Virus record (IMG/VR): IMGVR_UViG_3300017989_000082
Location: 1 to 64,000 of that record
DNA from: a virus
Strand: one strand, 5' to 3'
DNA: 64,000 bases
Below the pieces are notes generated by a model. That model ran no database searches and was not told where the DNA came from. It saw nothing but the letters and a program-made list of their open reading frames with translations. Positions 34,754-44,280 of the stretch are shown here, one piece after another; position 1 is the stretch's first letter, and each line of letters begins with the position of its first letter. A program made the position numbers and the translations under genes.

Positions 34754-34831
34754 TTTTTCGGGGGTTTAATAATCCTTAGCGGGGTTTAAATATTTAGCCC
34801 CGCTAGGGCCAACCCTTTTTGGAAGGATAAT

Positions 34832-37555
34832 GTGATGTCTAACACAATACAGTTGAGAAGAGGGACAGAGTCAGAGCTTGGAGGGATTACCCTAGCTGCC
34901 GGGGAGGCTGGTTTCACCACAGATACAAAAGAGATTTTTGTTGGTGACGGCGCAAACCATCACGTTATCGGCTCTGTGAAGGTGGGGGCATTGGCCAGCA
35001 GGCCCGCGGCTGGTGCTGCCGGGAGAATTTTTCATGTTAATTCCGGCGATAGTACTGGCAACACATATATTGACGACGGTGTTGCTTGGCAAACTGTTTT
35101 TGATGCGGCTCACAGCCATGATATTATCTCCGAGGGCGATACCAGCGTAGAGATAGTAGATACTGGCAGTGGTGGCGCAATTAAGTTTAAAGCGGATAAT
35201 ACTCAGTGGGGAACCATTGATGCTAGCGGGGTCAGGTTTGGAAACAACCCATTGGCTCCTGTATTTGGAAACCTCCAGCTTGTTATTGATGGAGCCCATG
35301 CCCCCTTGGCCGCTATTGGGTATAGCGATGCATTTTATGCCTCTGGAATGTTAAGTCTTGGCCACATCAGGGGGAGTATTGATTCCCCCGACCCTATTCA
35401 GAATGACGATTACATTGGAATGATAAGCTTTGGTGCCTTTGATGGGGCCACGCTTCCATCTGGCATAACCATGATTGGGTATGCAACGGAAGACTGGGAC
35501 AGCGAATCTCATGGCTCAGAACTTATTATTTCCTCAACCCCTAATGGCTCGCCAACTGCCGTTGCAGCTCTCGGTATTGGCGGGAATGGAAAGGTTGTTG
35601 TTGGCGATTCAACTTTTGGGGATGAAAAGCTTCGTGTGTCCGGGGCTGTTCAGCTTGGTGCTGCTGATAGCACTAACGATGGCACCATACAGTGGACTGG
35701 AAGTGCCCTCCAGTATTATGACGGCGAGTGGAAGACATTTGAAAACACCGACCACGATCATGACTCTGATTATGCTGCATCAGATCACATACACTCTAAC
35801 TATGCTGTTTCTGGCGACGAGGGAGAAATTCAGTTTAGCGATGGCAGCTCCGCGCATGCTTCGAGTTCAAAGCTTTATTGGGATACAACTAATGAGGATC
35901 TCCATGTTGATGGGGATATTTATGCTGACGGCTTTAGCTCTAACTCGCCATTTATCATAAAGGAAAATGGCACCGAGGTTGCCCGTTTTAGTGGTGGCAA
36001 GCTCGGAGTTGGTATTGACCCTGTTTATAATTTTCATCTTGATTATGATGGACAGGCCGCGGCAGCTATTGTTGGCCATGATGATGGGAGTTATAATCAT
36101 GCCTACATGGCTGTTGGCAGAAGCAAGGGCACAGCGGAAGAACCTTCCGAAATTGAAGTTGACAACACGATTGGGGCATATATAATCTCCGGCTATCATA
36201 GCGTGGCCGGGTATGTTGCCTCTGCTGGTATGTACTCGCAAGCAACTGAGAGCTGGAACGGTAGCGGCGTTGGTACAAAGCTTATGATATGTGTAACGCC
36301 GAATGCTGGGGCGGGAGCCCCTTTCAGTGCGGCGTTAACGCTTGAGAATGATTATCGGGCAACTTTTACGAGCAGCATTAAGCCGGGTAATTATGATGGC
36401 ACAAATGTTTCTGGCGGCATGATTCGCTGGACTGGAAGTGCCCTCCAGTATTATGACGGCGAGTGGAATACTTTCGAGAATACTTTCCATAATCATGACT
36501 CTGATTATGCCACAGCGGATCATACCCATGCCGGGGTCTATGCAGACAGCACCCATACGCATGATGAAATCTCAGAAGGCAACTCGAAGGTGCAGGTTGT
36601 TGATTCAGCCGAAATAACATATGGCCGAATCAGCTTTACCGTTAATGATACTTGGGCAGGTTTTATTTCTTCTACGGTTACAGATCCATGCATGATTATT
36701 ACCGATAATCCGAGCGCAGTGGCACTCCATATGCAATATGGGCCGGTCTATGGGCATATATCGGCGGTCAAAGAATCCGCTGCAATGCTCGGGGCTTTTT
36801 CATACAGTGACACCGCCACTGATTGCGGAACATTGTATTTATTCCATGCTGGAAATGCAATCAATGGCCCAAGCTACACTGCCGACGGGCATTCATTGGG
36901 CGAGGTTGTATATGCTGGCTTTGATAATGGTCAGGGGCGTCTAACAGGTGTTCTCCGCATGAGGGCCACAGAAAGTTACAGCGGCGATGGGCGTGGCTCT
37001 GAGTTTGATATTCGCCATGTAAAAACTGGCGAAGTTTCTTATACCACGGCTTTTGCCATTGGTGGAGACTCAAAGGTTACCCTTGAGCAAGGCACAGGTA
37101 TTAACAAGTTTTCAACAACCCTTCTGAGTACAAGCGATGACGAGGCCCCAACCTCAAAGGCAGTTGCAACATTTTGTAATACCAATTATGCCGATGCCAC
37201 TCATAATCACGATTCTGATTACGCCGCTATAGGTCATGTCCATACTGGCAATATTAATCAAACAGCCGGGGACAGTACGAATTATCTCAGTGATATGCTT
37301 AACCTCGGCGTGAGTGAAGAGTCTGAGGCAAAAGATCTTGTCAAGCTTTTGCTGAACGGAAATATAGAGTTTTATAACTCGACACCAATGATATATTTTA
37401 GCAACGAAGGAACACGCTTAGTTCAAACCGGAGGCTATTTAAACTTCCAAAAGTGGACAGGCTCCGAATACGAGACTGTATTTTATATCAATCATATTGG
37501 AAACGATTCTACAAATTGGGAAATTGGTGGCCCAGCAGTCGTGAACGTTCTGTAA
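34832..37555 (+). CDS. Long fibre protein with an Mtd-N-like domain, repeated beta modules and HxH motifs
   Basis: IQLRRGT...LAAGEAGFTTDTKEIFVGDG; exact 41-bp internal repeat at 35693 and 36428; several HxHD motifs. Confidence 0.8.
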   Translation: MMSNTIQLRRGTESELGGITLAAGEAGFTTDTKEIFVGDGANHHVIGSVKVGALASRPAAGAAGRIFHVNSGDSTGNTYIDDGVAWQTVFDAAHSHDIISEGDTSVEIVDTGSGGAIKFKADNTQWGTIDASGVRFGNNPLAPVFGNLQLVIDGAHAPLAAIGYSDAFYASGMLSLGHIRGSIDSPDPIQNDDYIGMISFGAFDGATLPSGITMIGYATEDWDSESHGSELIISSTPNGSPTAVAALGIGGNGKVVVGDSTFGDEKLRVSGAVQLGAADSTNDGTIQWTGSALQYYDGEWKTFENTDHDHDSDYAASDHIHSNYAVSGDEGEIQFSDGSSAHASSSKLYWDTTNEDLHVDGDIYADGFSSNSPFIIKENGTEVARFSGGKLGVGIDPVYNFHLDYDGQAAAAIVGHDDGSYNHAYMAVGRSKGTAEEPSEIEVDNTIGAYIISGYHSVAGYVASAGMYSQATESWNGSGVGTKLMICVTPNAGAGAPFSAALTLENDYRATFTSSIKPGNYDGTNVSGGMIRWTGSALQYYDGEWNTFENTFHNHDSDYATADHTHAGVYADSTHTHDEISEGNSKVQVVDSAEITYGRISFTVNDTWAGFISSTVTDPCMIITDNPSAVALHMQYGPVYGHISAVKESAAMLGAFSYSDTATDCGTLYLFHAGNAINGPSYTADGHSLGEVVYAGFDNGQGRLTGVLRMRATESYSGDGRGSEFDIRHVKTGEVSYTTAFAIGGDSKVTLEQGTGINKFSTTLLSTSDDEAPTSKAVATFCNTNYADATHNHDSDYAAIGHVHTGNINQTAGDSTNYLSDMLNLGVSEESEAKDLVKLLLNGNIEFYNSTPMIYFSNEGTRLVQTGGYLNFQKWTGSEYETVFYINHIGNDSTNWEIGGPAVVNVL

Positions 37556-37598
37556 TAGGTGTTGTAAAATTTTAATTTGGTAAGGAGGTAACTTTGGT

Positions 37599-38138
37599 AT
37601 GACACAGAAATTTACAGTAAAAGAGACAACGTTGAAGATGAGAAGGGTAAGTGAAATCAGCGCCGCCCTTCGGGCCTTCAAAGACATGCCGGTCCTAAAG
37701 GACAACAACTACCTTAAGTTTAAGATCGCAAGAAATAGGATCTACATTAGGGACGAGTTGATGGCCCTTGAGGAGTATAATAAGACCCCTTCCGGCATTA
37801 AAGATTATGATTCTGAATATGCTATTTTGTGTCGAAAATTCTGTGATAAGGATGAAAACGGGAAGCCTATTGTTGACGAAAAAGGAAATTTCTCCATTGT
37901 TGGCAATTTAGTAGAGTTTTCCGATGAACAGAAAGTGCTTCGCAAAAAACACAAGGAAGCTCTTGATGAACTTGAAGAGAACAAGAGGTGCTTCAATGAG
38001 CTACTTGATAGCGAGGTAACGATTTTATACATTCCGCTGCCGTATGATGATTTGCCAGAAGATGCAAGCACGGAGCAAATCGAAGCCATTATGCCGATTA
38101 TTGATGGCATTGAGGTTATTGAGCCAGATAAAAAATAA
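37599..38138 (+). CDS. Hypothetical helical protein (fibre-associated type)
   Basis: AAGGAGG RBS; DKDENGKP motif. Confidence 0.7.
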   Translation: MTQKFTVKETTLKMRRVSEISAALRAFKDMPVLKDNNYLKFKIARNRIYIRDELMALEEYNKTPSGIKDYDSEYAILCRKFCDKDENGKPIVDEKGNFSIVGNLVEFSDEQKVLRKKHKEALDELEENKRCFNELLDSEVTILYIPLPYDDLPEDASTEQIEAIMPIIDGIEVIEPDKK

Positions 38139-38156
38139 GAACATAGGAGGTGCAAT

Positions 38157-38675
38157 ATGCCAGACCCCAATGTCATTTCCCCGGACACATTAGCGGAAAT
38201 AGTCCGCGCGGTTCGTTCAACCGGCGGCGTTTCGTCTGGGGCGTATAGCAGTGTATTTGGGGCGGCTGGTGCTTTTGTTGGTACAATTTCCTATTTTGCT
38301 TTTCGTGGAGCAAAGAGTTGGTATGTCGAAAAGAGAAATGGGAATGGTGGGAGCAGCGGGGGCAGTGGGGGTGTTACCAGCCATCAGCAAGGTAGCACAT
38401 CAAACCCAAACGGCTGCTTATCTCTTTTCGATGCCATTGGGCGCTTTGTTCAGCAAGATCATTGTAAGACTTACCATAAACAACTTTCGGAAAACCAAGA
38501 GTTAAAGCATCAAGCCCAAATGAAGGCTACAAATGATGTTGGGGATAAAGTTGAGCGTATTGCCATTGCGATTTCTGGCGAAATGGATAATATGAAAGAA
38601 GAAATTAAATCAACCAAATCTGAAATAGTCATTTTGGCCAAGGCTATTGACAATGGGAATGGGGTAAAAAGATAA
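38157..38675 (+). CDS. Single-TM coiled-coil protein, possibly holin or lysis accessory
   Basis: One hydrophobic helix; translationally coupled to the NlpC/P60 gene. Confidence 0.5.
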   Translation: MPDPNVISPDTLAEIVRAVRSTGGVSSGAYSSVFGAAGAFVGTISYFAFRGAKSWYVEKRNGNGGSSGGSGGVTSHQQGSTSNPNGCLSLFDAIGRFVQQDHCKTYHKQLSENQELKHQAQMKATNDVGDKVERIAIAISGEMDNMKEEIKSTKSEIVILAKAIDNGNGVKR

Positions 38676-39142
38676 TGATTGCATTAACAGATGCCCAGCA
38701 AGGTGATTTGCGCGGCGCAATGTTGCAATACGCCATTCAGTTTCTTGGTAAATTTTATAAATGGGGCGGGGATGACCCTAGCGGTTTTGACTGTAGCGGC
38801 TTTGTCATTGAGCTAATAAAGGCTGTTGGTGCCCTTCCCCGCAGGGCCGATTATACCGCTGACGGTTTAATGAACCTCATGATTGGCTGCAAGGTGAATA
38901 ACCCTTCCCTCGGTTGCCTTGTGTTTTACGTTAACGACAATGGCCGAGCATACCATGTTGAGTTTTGCGCTACTGAATTGCTTTCCATTGGTGCCAGTGG
39001 TGGCGGCAGTAATACCCGCACTATTCAGGATGCCATCAACCAGAACGCATTCATAAAAGTTCGCCCCATTAAAAGGGGAGGTGCTAAAATGGTGTTTGTG
39101 GATGTTATTAAATATTTAGTTGACAAACAAAATTACCTGTGA
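38675..39142 (+). CDS. NlpC/P60 peptidoglycan endopeptidase (probable endolysin)
   Basis: YKWGG...GFDCSGFV...LVFY...HV catalytic Cys/His pattern. Confidence 0.85.
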   Translation: MIALTDAQQGDLRGAMLQYAIQFLGKFYKWGGDDPSGFDCSGFVIELIKAVGALPRRADYTADGLMNLMIGCKVNNPSLGCLVFYVNDNGRAYHVEFCATELLSIGASGGGSNTRTIQDAINQNAFIKVRPIKRGGAKMVFVDVIKYLVDKQNYL

Positions 39143-39148
39143 TAGATC
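39120..39148 (+). promoter_or_regulatory. sigma70-like promoter for the head operon
   Basis: TTGACA-17-TAGATC, with TG at the extended -10 position. Confidence 0.5.
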
Positions 39149-39185
39149 AGTAACAGACAGGATTTAATACTGTTAAGGAGTTGCA

Positions 39186-40856
39186 ATGCCGAAAGAGTGG
39201 ACTGACTGTGTGGCGAGCTTGATCAAAAGCGGAACCCCTAAGGATTCCGCTTACGCTATTTGTACGGCCCAGTATAAAAAGAAGCACGGCAAACCGCCAC
39301 AGCGCCATGAAGAACTTTCAGTGGAGGAGAAGGCGCTCCTTGATGATTTCCTTGATAGGGAGGAAGAAATAATGGGAAAAGATATACAGAAGTATGATCG
39401 AAAATTCAAGATGCCATCAAGAGCCCTTTCAACCTGCGTTACCCTTCCTGTCAAACTCGCCGAAGACGACTTTGAAAAAGAGAAAACCGTAAAGATTCAA
39501 ATTATGCGGGAAGGCAAATGGGAACACCCGATGTATGGGAAGTTGGAATTTAACCAAAAGAAGTTTCGCAAATTTATCCGAAATTTTAACCTGAACATCC
39601 CACAAGAGCATATCGCTTATGATTTCAAGCACCGGCCGGACTGGGGGGCTGCGGCTTGGGTCAAGAAGTTTCATTCGAGTGGAGACAAATTCTTTGCAAC
39701 CGTGGAGCTTACGCCACGAGGATATAAGAGTTTAAAGGAAAGGGAGTTTATTTATTTTTCAACCGAATTCACTGACGAGTATCAAGATTACGAAACTGGT
39801 ACGAAACACGGCCCTTGTATTTTGGGCGGTGGCCTGACAAACAGACCCTTCATTAAAGACATGGACCCCGTACTTCTTTCAGAGGATGGAACGGAACAGG
39901 AATTCTCACCTTTGAGTGAGGACCGAAAGGAGGTTTCAGATCCAATGTTAAAAGAACTCATGAAAAAGTTGCAAGCCCTTGGCGAGAGCCTGAAGAAGCT
40001 TTCAGAGGGCGATGTGACAAAGGAAGACCTGACCGCGGCGACAGACAGCTTCAACGAGGTTGAGCAGGAATTTGCGGCAATCAAGCCCGAAGACCTGAAG
40101 GCCGAAGAGAACAGCGATGCCGCTGAGAAGCTGGAAGCGCTTGGCGAAAGCGTCAAGAAGCTTGGCGAGCAGATCAGCGAAGTCAAAGATGCTGAGAGCA
40201 TTGCCGGTGTCGAAAAGTACCTCAAGAAGCTGGAAGGTCGCTTCGAGAAACTGGAGCTCAAGGAAAAGACCGACGGTGACAACAAACCCCTCTCAGAAGA
40301 GAACGAGGCCCTGAAGGCCACGAACGCCAAGCTTTCCGAGGATGTTGAGAAGTTGAACGGCTCCGTGAAGGAGCTTGGCGAGAGCATCAAGGCCCTCCAG
40401 AAAAAAAACGAGGCCAATGACAAGCGGATTTATGAGGGCAGTATCGAAGCCTTCAAGAAGGAGCTTTCCGCCGATGGTCTCTGGCCCAGCGTCGTCGAAG
40501 AGTGTTCCGCTGTCCTTCACGCCTATGAGGGCCGTGGCACCACCGTCGTTACCCTCTCCGAAGATGTTACCACCGGCGAGGGCGACGAGAAGAAGACCGA
40601 AAAGGTCGAAAGCAAACTCAGTCTCCAGGATATCATTCGCCGAATTCTCTCCGCGATTCCCGAGGAAGGGCGTGTGAACCTGAGCGAGAACACCAAGGGC
40701 GCTGGCGGCGAAAAGCCGGGCGAGAACAAAATGCTTTCCGTTGAGGAAATCGAAGGCATCGCCAAGGAAAGAGAAAAATCCTATGGTGAAACGCTGGTTG
40801 AGCTCTCAATGGATCCGAAGTACAAGGACCGCATTGATCTTGGCGGCAATGTTTAG
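39186..40856 (+). CDS. Mu-like prohead protease with in-frame scaffold
   Basis: YDFKH...AAAWV...FIYFSTEF...GGLTNRPF motifs; coiled-coil C-terminal half; internal RBS and ATG at 39372 and 39945. Confidence 0.85.
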   Translation: MPKEWTDCVASLIKSGTPKDSAYAICTAQYKKKHGKPPQRHEELSVEEKALLDDFLDREEEIMGKDIQKYDRKFKMPSRALSTCVTLPVKLAEDDFEKEKTVKIQIMREGKWEHPMYGKLEFNQKKFRKFIRNFNLNIPQEHIAYDFKHRPDWGAAAWVKKFHSSGDKFFATVELTPRGYKSLKEREFIYFSTEFTDEYQDYETGTKHGPCILGGGLTNRPFIKDMDPVLLSEDGTEQEFSPLSEDRKEVSDPMLKELMKKLQALGESLKKLSEGDVTKEDLTAATDSFNEVEQEFAAIKPEDLKAEENSDAAEKLEALGESVKKLGEQISEVKDAESIAGVEKYLKKLEGRFEKLELKEKTDGDNKPLSEENEALKATNAKLSEDVEKLNGSVKELGESIKALQKKNEANDKRIYEGSIEAFKKELSADGLWPSVVEECSAVLHAYEGRGTTVVTLSEDVTTGEGDEKKTEKVESKLSLQDIIRRILSAIPEEGRVNLSENTKGAGGEKPGENKMLSVEEIEGIAKEREKSYGETLVELSMDPKYKDRIDLGGNV

Positions 40857-40953
40857 CTAACCTCCTCTGACGCGCACATGGTAAGGGTAACGATCAACAG
40901 GCAGGGCTAAACACGGTAAACTCTTAATACGAATGAAGGAGGTATAATATAAA

Positions 40954-41385
40954 ATGGCTGACCAAACCGACAACAGATACACATGGGGGAATCAGGTTGA
41001 TGGTTTTCTCCACACCTTCACCGCGGAGGGTGCCATCTCCAACAACCAGATCCTGGAATTAGGTACTGCGGGGCGGCAGGCAAAACCCCATACCACCACG
41101 CAGACTGTCGCCATCCTGGGTGTTGCCCATTCCGATGCCGCCGATGGTGAAGAAATCACGGTCGTGTGCAATGCGCCCATCCGGAAAGTTATTTCCGACG
41201 GCAACATTACCCGTGGGGAAGTGGTGATTCCGTCCGCCGCCACGGCTGGCCAGTGTGCCAGTCAGGCGTTTGCTGACGGTGAAACCCTTTATGGCGCGCT
41301 GGGTATTGCGCTTGAAACGGGCGATGAGGCAGGCGAACTGGTTCCGGTGCTGTGTTCCATGCCGGGTATCATTTCAAACGCTTAG
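40954..41385 (+). CDS. Capsid cement/decoration protein (DUF2190-like)
   Basis: Lies between protease and MCP; FTAEGAI...ILGVA...GIALE...GELVPV. Confidence 0.7.
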   Translation: MADQTDNRYTWGNQVDGFLHTFTAEGAISNNQILELGTAGRQAKPHTTTQTVAILGVAHSDAADGEEITVVCNAPIRKVISDGNITRGEVVIPSAATAGQCASQAFADGETLYGALGIALETGDEAGELVPVLCSMPGIISNA

Positions 41386-41466
41386 AGTCCATCCTGGTGC
41401 CCTCTGAGGGGCATTTTGATATGGTTTTAAGCATAACCTTGTAACTTTCCGAAGGAGGTTAATTAA

Positions 41467-42393
41467 ATGTATAACCGACAAATGGGTTATATTCATGATG
41501 ACAAGGTCCTCACAGCCTTGAGCATCAAATATGAGAATGCCGAGTACACCGGCAATATGTGGCTCCCGGAAATGGGTGTCGCAAAGGAAACCGGTAAGTA
41601 CAAGATCTACAACCGGGATGGCTGGTTCAAGGGTGCGCCCAAAAAGGCCGACGGTGCGATCACCGAAGAGGCCACGCTCAGCTACGATGAGGCGACTTAC
41701 TCTTGCTACGAACGGGCCATCAAGGATATTGTCACCGATCGGGCCATGCAGCATGCCGACGCCCCCATCAAGCCGAAGGCCGATACCGTGGAGTTTCTGA
41801 CTGAAAAGGTCATGCTCTCACAGGAGCTGGATCAGTGGCTCCTTATTGTCGGCACGCAGGGCTTGAATCAGGCTACCTACAAGACGGACCTGACTGCTGC
41901 CACCGCGTGGGATGGCGGGACCGCCCCTGATATTCTCGGCGACCTCTCCACTGCCATCAAGACCATTGCCAAGCGTATTGGCAAGCGCCCCAACCAGATT
42001 TCCTTTACCACCGATATTGCCGAGGCCGTTGCCCAGGATGACAAGATCATGGAAATCCTGAAGCATCACAGCACCGACATGATCACCGGTATGGGGCTGC
42101 CCGGCAGCCTGCGCTCCATGAAAATCATCATCACGGACGCGCTGGCCAATGAGGCTGACGAGGGCCTGACCGCCAGTTATGAGTACATCCTGAGCGACAA
42201 CATTGTGTGTGCCTATGTCAATACCGGGCACCAGTTGACGCTTGGCAGAACCTTTGTTTCCAAGAAATTCAAGGTTGCACGCTGGCGGGATGAAGACCGG
42301 GAAGGTGAGTTCATTAAGCTGAACAAGGTTTACGCGCCCAAAATCACCACGCTGGCCGCGGGCTACCTGTTCACGAATGGCACCAATCCCTAA
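41467..42393 (+). CDS. Major capsid protein
   Basis: 308 aa, strong RBS, strongly C-ending codons. DKVLTALSIKY.N and IGKRPN motifs fit HK97-fold MCPs of this type, as does gene order. Confidence 0.85.
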   Translation: MYNRQMGYIHDDKVLTALSIKYENAEYTGNMWLPEMGVAKETGKYKIYNRDGWFKGAPKKADGAITEEATLSYDEATYSCYERAIKDIVTDRAMQHADAPIKPKADTVEFLTEKVMLSQELDQWLLIVGTQGLNQATYKTDLTAATAWDGGTAPDILGDLSTAIKTIAKRIGKRPNQISFTTDIAEAVAQDDKIMEILKHHSTDMITGMGLPGSLRSMKIIITDALANEADEGLTASYEYILSDNIVCAYVNTGHQLTLGRTFVSKKFKVARWRDEDREGEFIKLNKVYAPKITTLAAGYLFTNGTNP

Positions 42394-42495
42394 CCGGGGC
42401 GGGTGTTAACACTCAACACTCTGTCATAGGGGCAGTGGCGTAGGGCTGCTGCCCCGTATGGCGCAACGGTGTAATGCGATAAGGAGAAGCGACTC

Positions 42496-42687
42496 ATGAG
42501 TGAAAAAACACGTTATTTGTGGGGAACCACAAAGACCAACAAGATTCATGTCACCAATTACATTGATCTTGTTGCACAGTCTTCTGCCCCTGATGCCTAC
42601 CCCGGTAGACTCTACCGGGATGCAGACGGTAAATTACAACTGTGCGAGGATGGCACCAACTACGTTGAGGTCACAACCTCTTCATAA
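42496..42687 (+). CDS. Small putative virion protein
   Basis: AAGGAG RBS. Confidence 0.65.
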   Translation: MSEKTRYLWGTTKTNKIHVTNYIDLVAQSSAPDAYPGRLYRDADGKLQLCEDGTNYVEVTTSS

Positions 42688-42720
42688 CAACAGAAGGTTT
42701 CACTTTAGAAGGAGCTTGGT

Positions 42721-43029
42721 ATGAGGGTTATCGTAATGTTGGAGGCTGGAAAGTTTCACGATGGCAGTGGGTATATTTACCCTGAACAGGGTGAGGAGAT
42801 TGATTTGCCCGACGAAATGGCCGAAAGTGAAATCGCAGCGGGTAATGTTGTTTTGCCCGGCGAGTTGGAATCTGCTCTTCCCGGCAGAAAAAAGAAGGCC
42901 GCTGCTCCAGAACCTGACGATGATCCGGATGAAGATGAAGATGAAGGCGATGATCCGGAAGAAGATGACGAGCCAGAGTCCGAGCCGCCTAAGAAAAAGA
43001 AGAAAAAGAAGAAAAAAAAGGCGGCATAG
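42721..43029 (+). CDS. Small protein with an acidic tract and poly-Lys tail
   Basis: AAGGAG RBS; ...PDDDPDEDEDE...PPKKKKKKKKKAA. Confidence 0.7.
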   Translation: MRVIVMLEAGKFHDGSGYIYPEQGEEIDLPDEMAESEIAAGNVVLPGELESALPGRKKKAAAPEPDDDPDEDEDEGDDPEEDDEPESEPPKKKKKKKKKKAA

Positions 43030-43054
43030 GGCAACCTTGTGGGGGATAGTATAA

Positions 43055-43813
43055 ATGGCTAGGCCGTACTGTGAACTTGTTGATGTTAAACGCCTACTGA
43101 GGACAGCCGCCAAGAAGGTTAAGACTTCTGAGGCTTATCGGGATCTTGGCTACGACACGAACAATAGTGGCACAGTGCGGCTTACTGCCGTGTCTTTCCT
43201 TGACAGTTATGTTGGGGTTGAGCGCTTTGAGATTATTTTTCAGGCTGATTCAACCAATTTCGAGGTAACTGGCGAAGACATTGGATACCTTGGGAGTGGC
43301 AATATAGGCTCGGAGTTTTCGTGTCAATATTTCACCATTTCTCCTTTGCAGTGGGAGGGCACTCCTGAAGAGGGCGATATTGTTTATTTTGTCAGTAACT
43401 CCAACATTAGCGTCGATGATGCTAATGAATTCATTCTTGATCAAAGCATTTATATCAACAACTATATCGGAAAGACTTTTGGCGACACCACCAATCTCGA
43501 GTGGGAAGAAGATCTAGGCGCAGAGCAGCCGGAGATTCTTAAATATGCTTGCACATACCGGTCGGCATTTTACATATTTATTTCTGTTTATGCCGGTGCT
43601 GAGCTTGATGGAAGCCCCGTTACGCAGTGGCGCTCAACGGCTGAATCTGCTATTAAGCTTTACATAGCCAACAGAGATAACGAGGGCATACAGAGTGTTC
43701 CTCGCTGGAAAAGTCGCCAGATTCTTGCGAACACGCTGGGGGTTGATGGAAGCCCGTATGACAAAGAGTACTTGACCGACCTCGTTGAGGAAGACAGGAC
43801 CTATAACCGATGA
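43055..43813 (+). CDS. Head-tail adaptor (Mu gp36-like) with an inserted beta domain
   Basis: MARPYCELVDVK...IDDA...YINNYI...PEILKYAC, plus gene order. Confidence 0.6.
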   Translation: MARPYCELVDVKRLLRTAAKKVKTSEAYRDLGYDTNNSGTVRLTAVSFLDSYVGVERFEIIFQADSTNFEVTGEDIGYLGSGNIGSEFSCQYFTISPLQWEGTPEEGDIVYFVSNSNISVDDANEFILDQSIYINNYIGKTFGDTTNLEWEEDLGAEQPEILKYACTYRSAFYIFISVYAGAELDGSPVTQWRSTAESAIKLYIANRDNEGIQSVPRWKSRQILANTLGVDGSPYDKEYLTDLVEEDRTYNR

Positions 43814-44280
43814 TAGGCTTTAAAACTCGCTTCAACAAAGCTGCCGCGATTAATCGCATCAAGAAGCTCCAAAATAACGAGCTTATGTTTACTCGGCCGC
43901 TAACGAAGGTTCAGGGGCGAATGAAGGAGCTTATGAATGAACGGTTTGATTCCTTCGAGGTATATAGGCCTCTTCTTAGCGATAACTATCGGCGCCGTAA
44001 AGATCTGGAAGGCAAACAGGTTGGCGAGAAAAGTGGGGCGCTGAAAGCAAATATCAGAAAAGGTGGACTCAATAAATCAATTATTATTGGTCCGAGAATC
44101 TCCAAGGCCGAATGGGAGATTAATCCCAATATCAATAAGAGTAGCCCGCTATATTTCCATCTCTGGTTAGCTAGAAAGGCAGGCCACGATCTTGTTGATA
44201 TGACCCCCTACGATATAGAAGAGCTTGTTTCAACATTTATAGTTGAAATGGGACTTCAAATTGCAAGGGTTTCAAAATAA
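43810..44280 (+). CDS. Neck / virion morphogenesis protein
   Basis: Basic; PLLSDNYRRRK...SGALK motif; gene order. Confidence 0.55.
   Translation: MIGFKTRFNKAAAINRIKKLQNNELMFTRPLTKVQGRMKELMNERFDSFEVYRPLLSDNYRRRKDLEGKQVGEKSGALKANIRKGGLNKSIIIGPRISKAEWEINPNINKSSPLYFHLWLARKAGHDLVDMTPYDIEELVSTFIVEMGLQIARVSK

Noticed and set aside
33497-37555. Diversity-generating retroelement suggested by Mtd-N-like domains
   Set aside because: No reverse transcriptase and no TR/VR pair differing only at adenines was seen; the internal repeat is an ordinary duplication.
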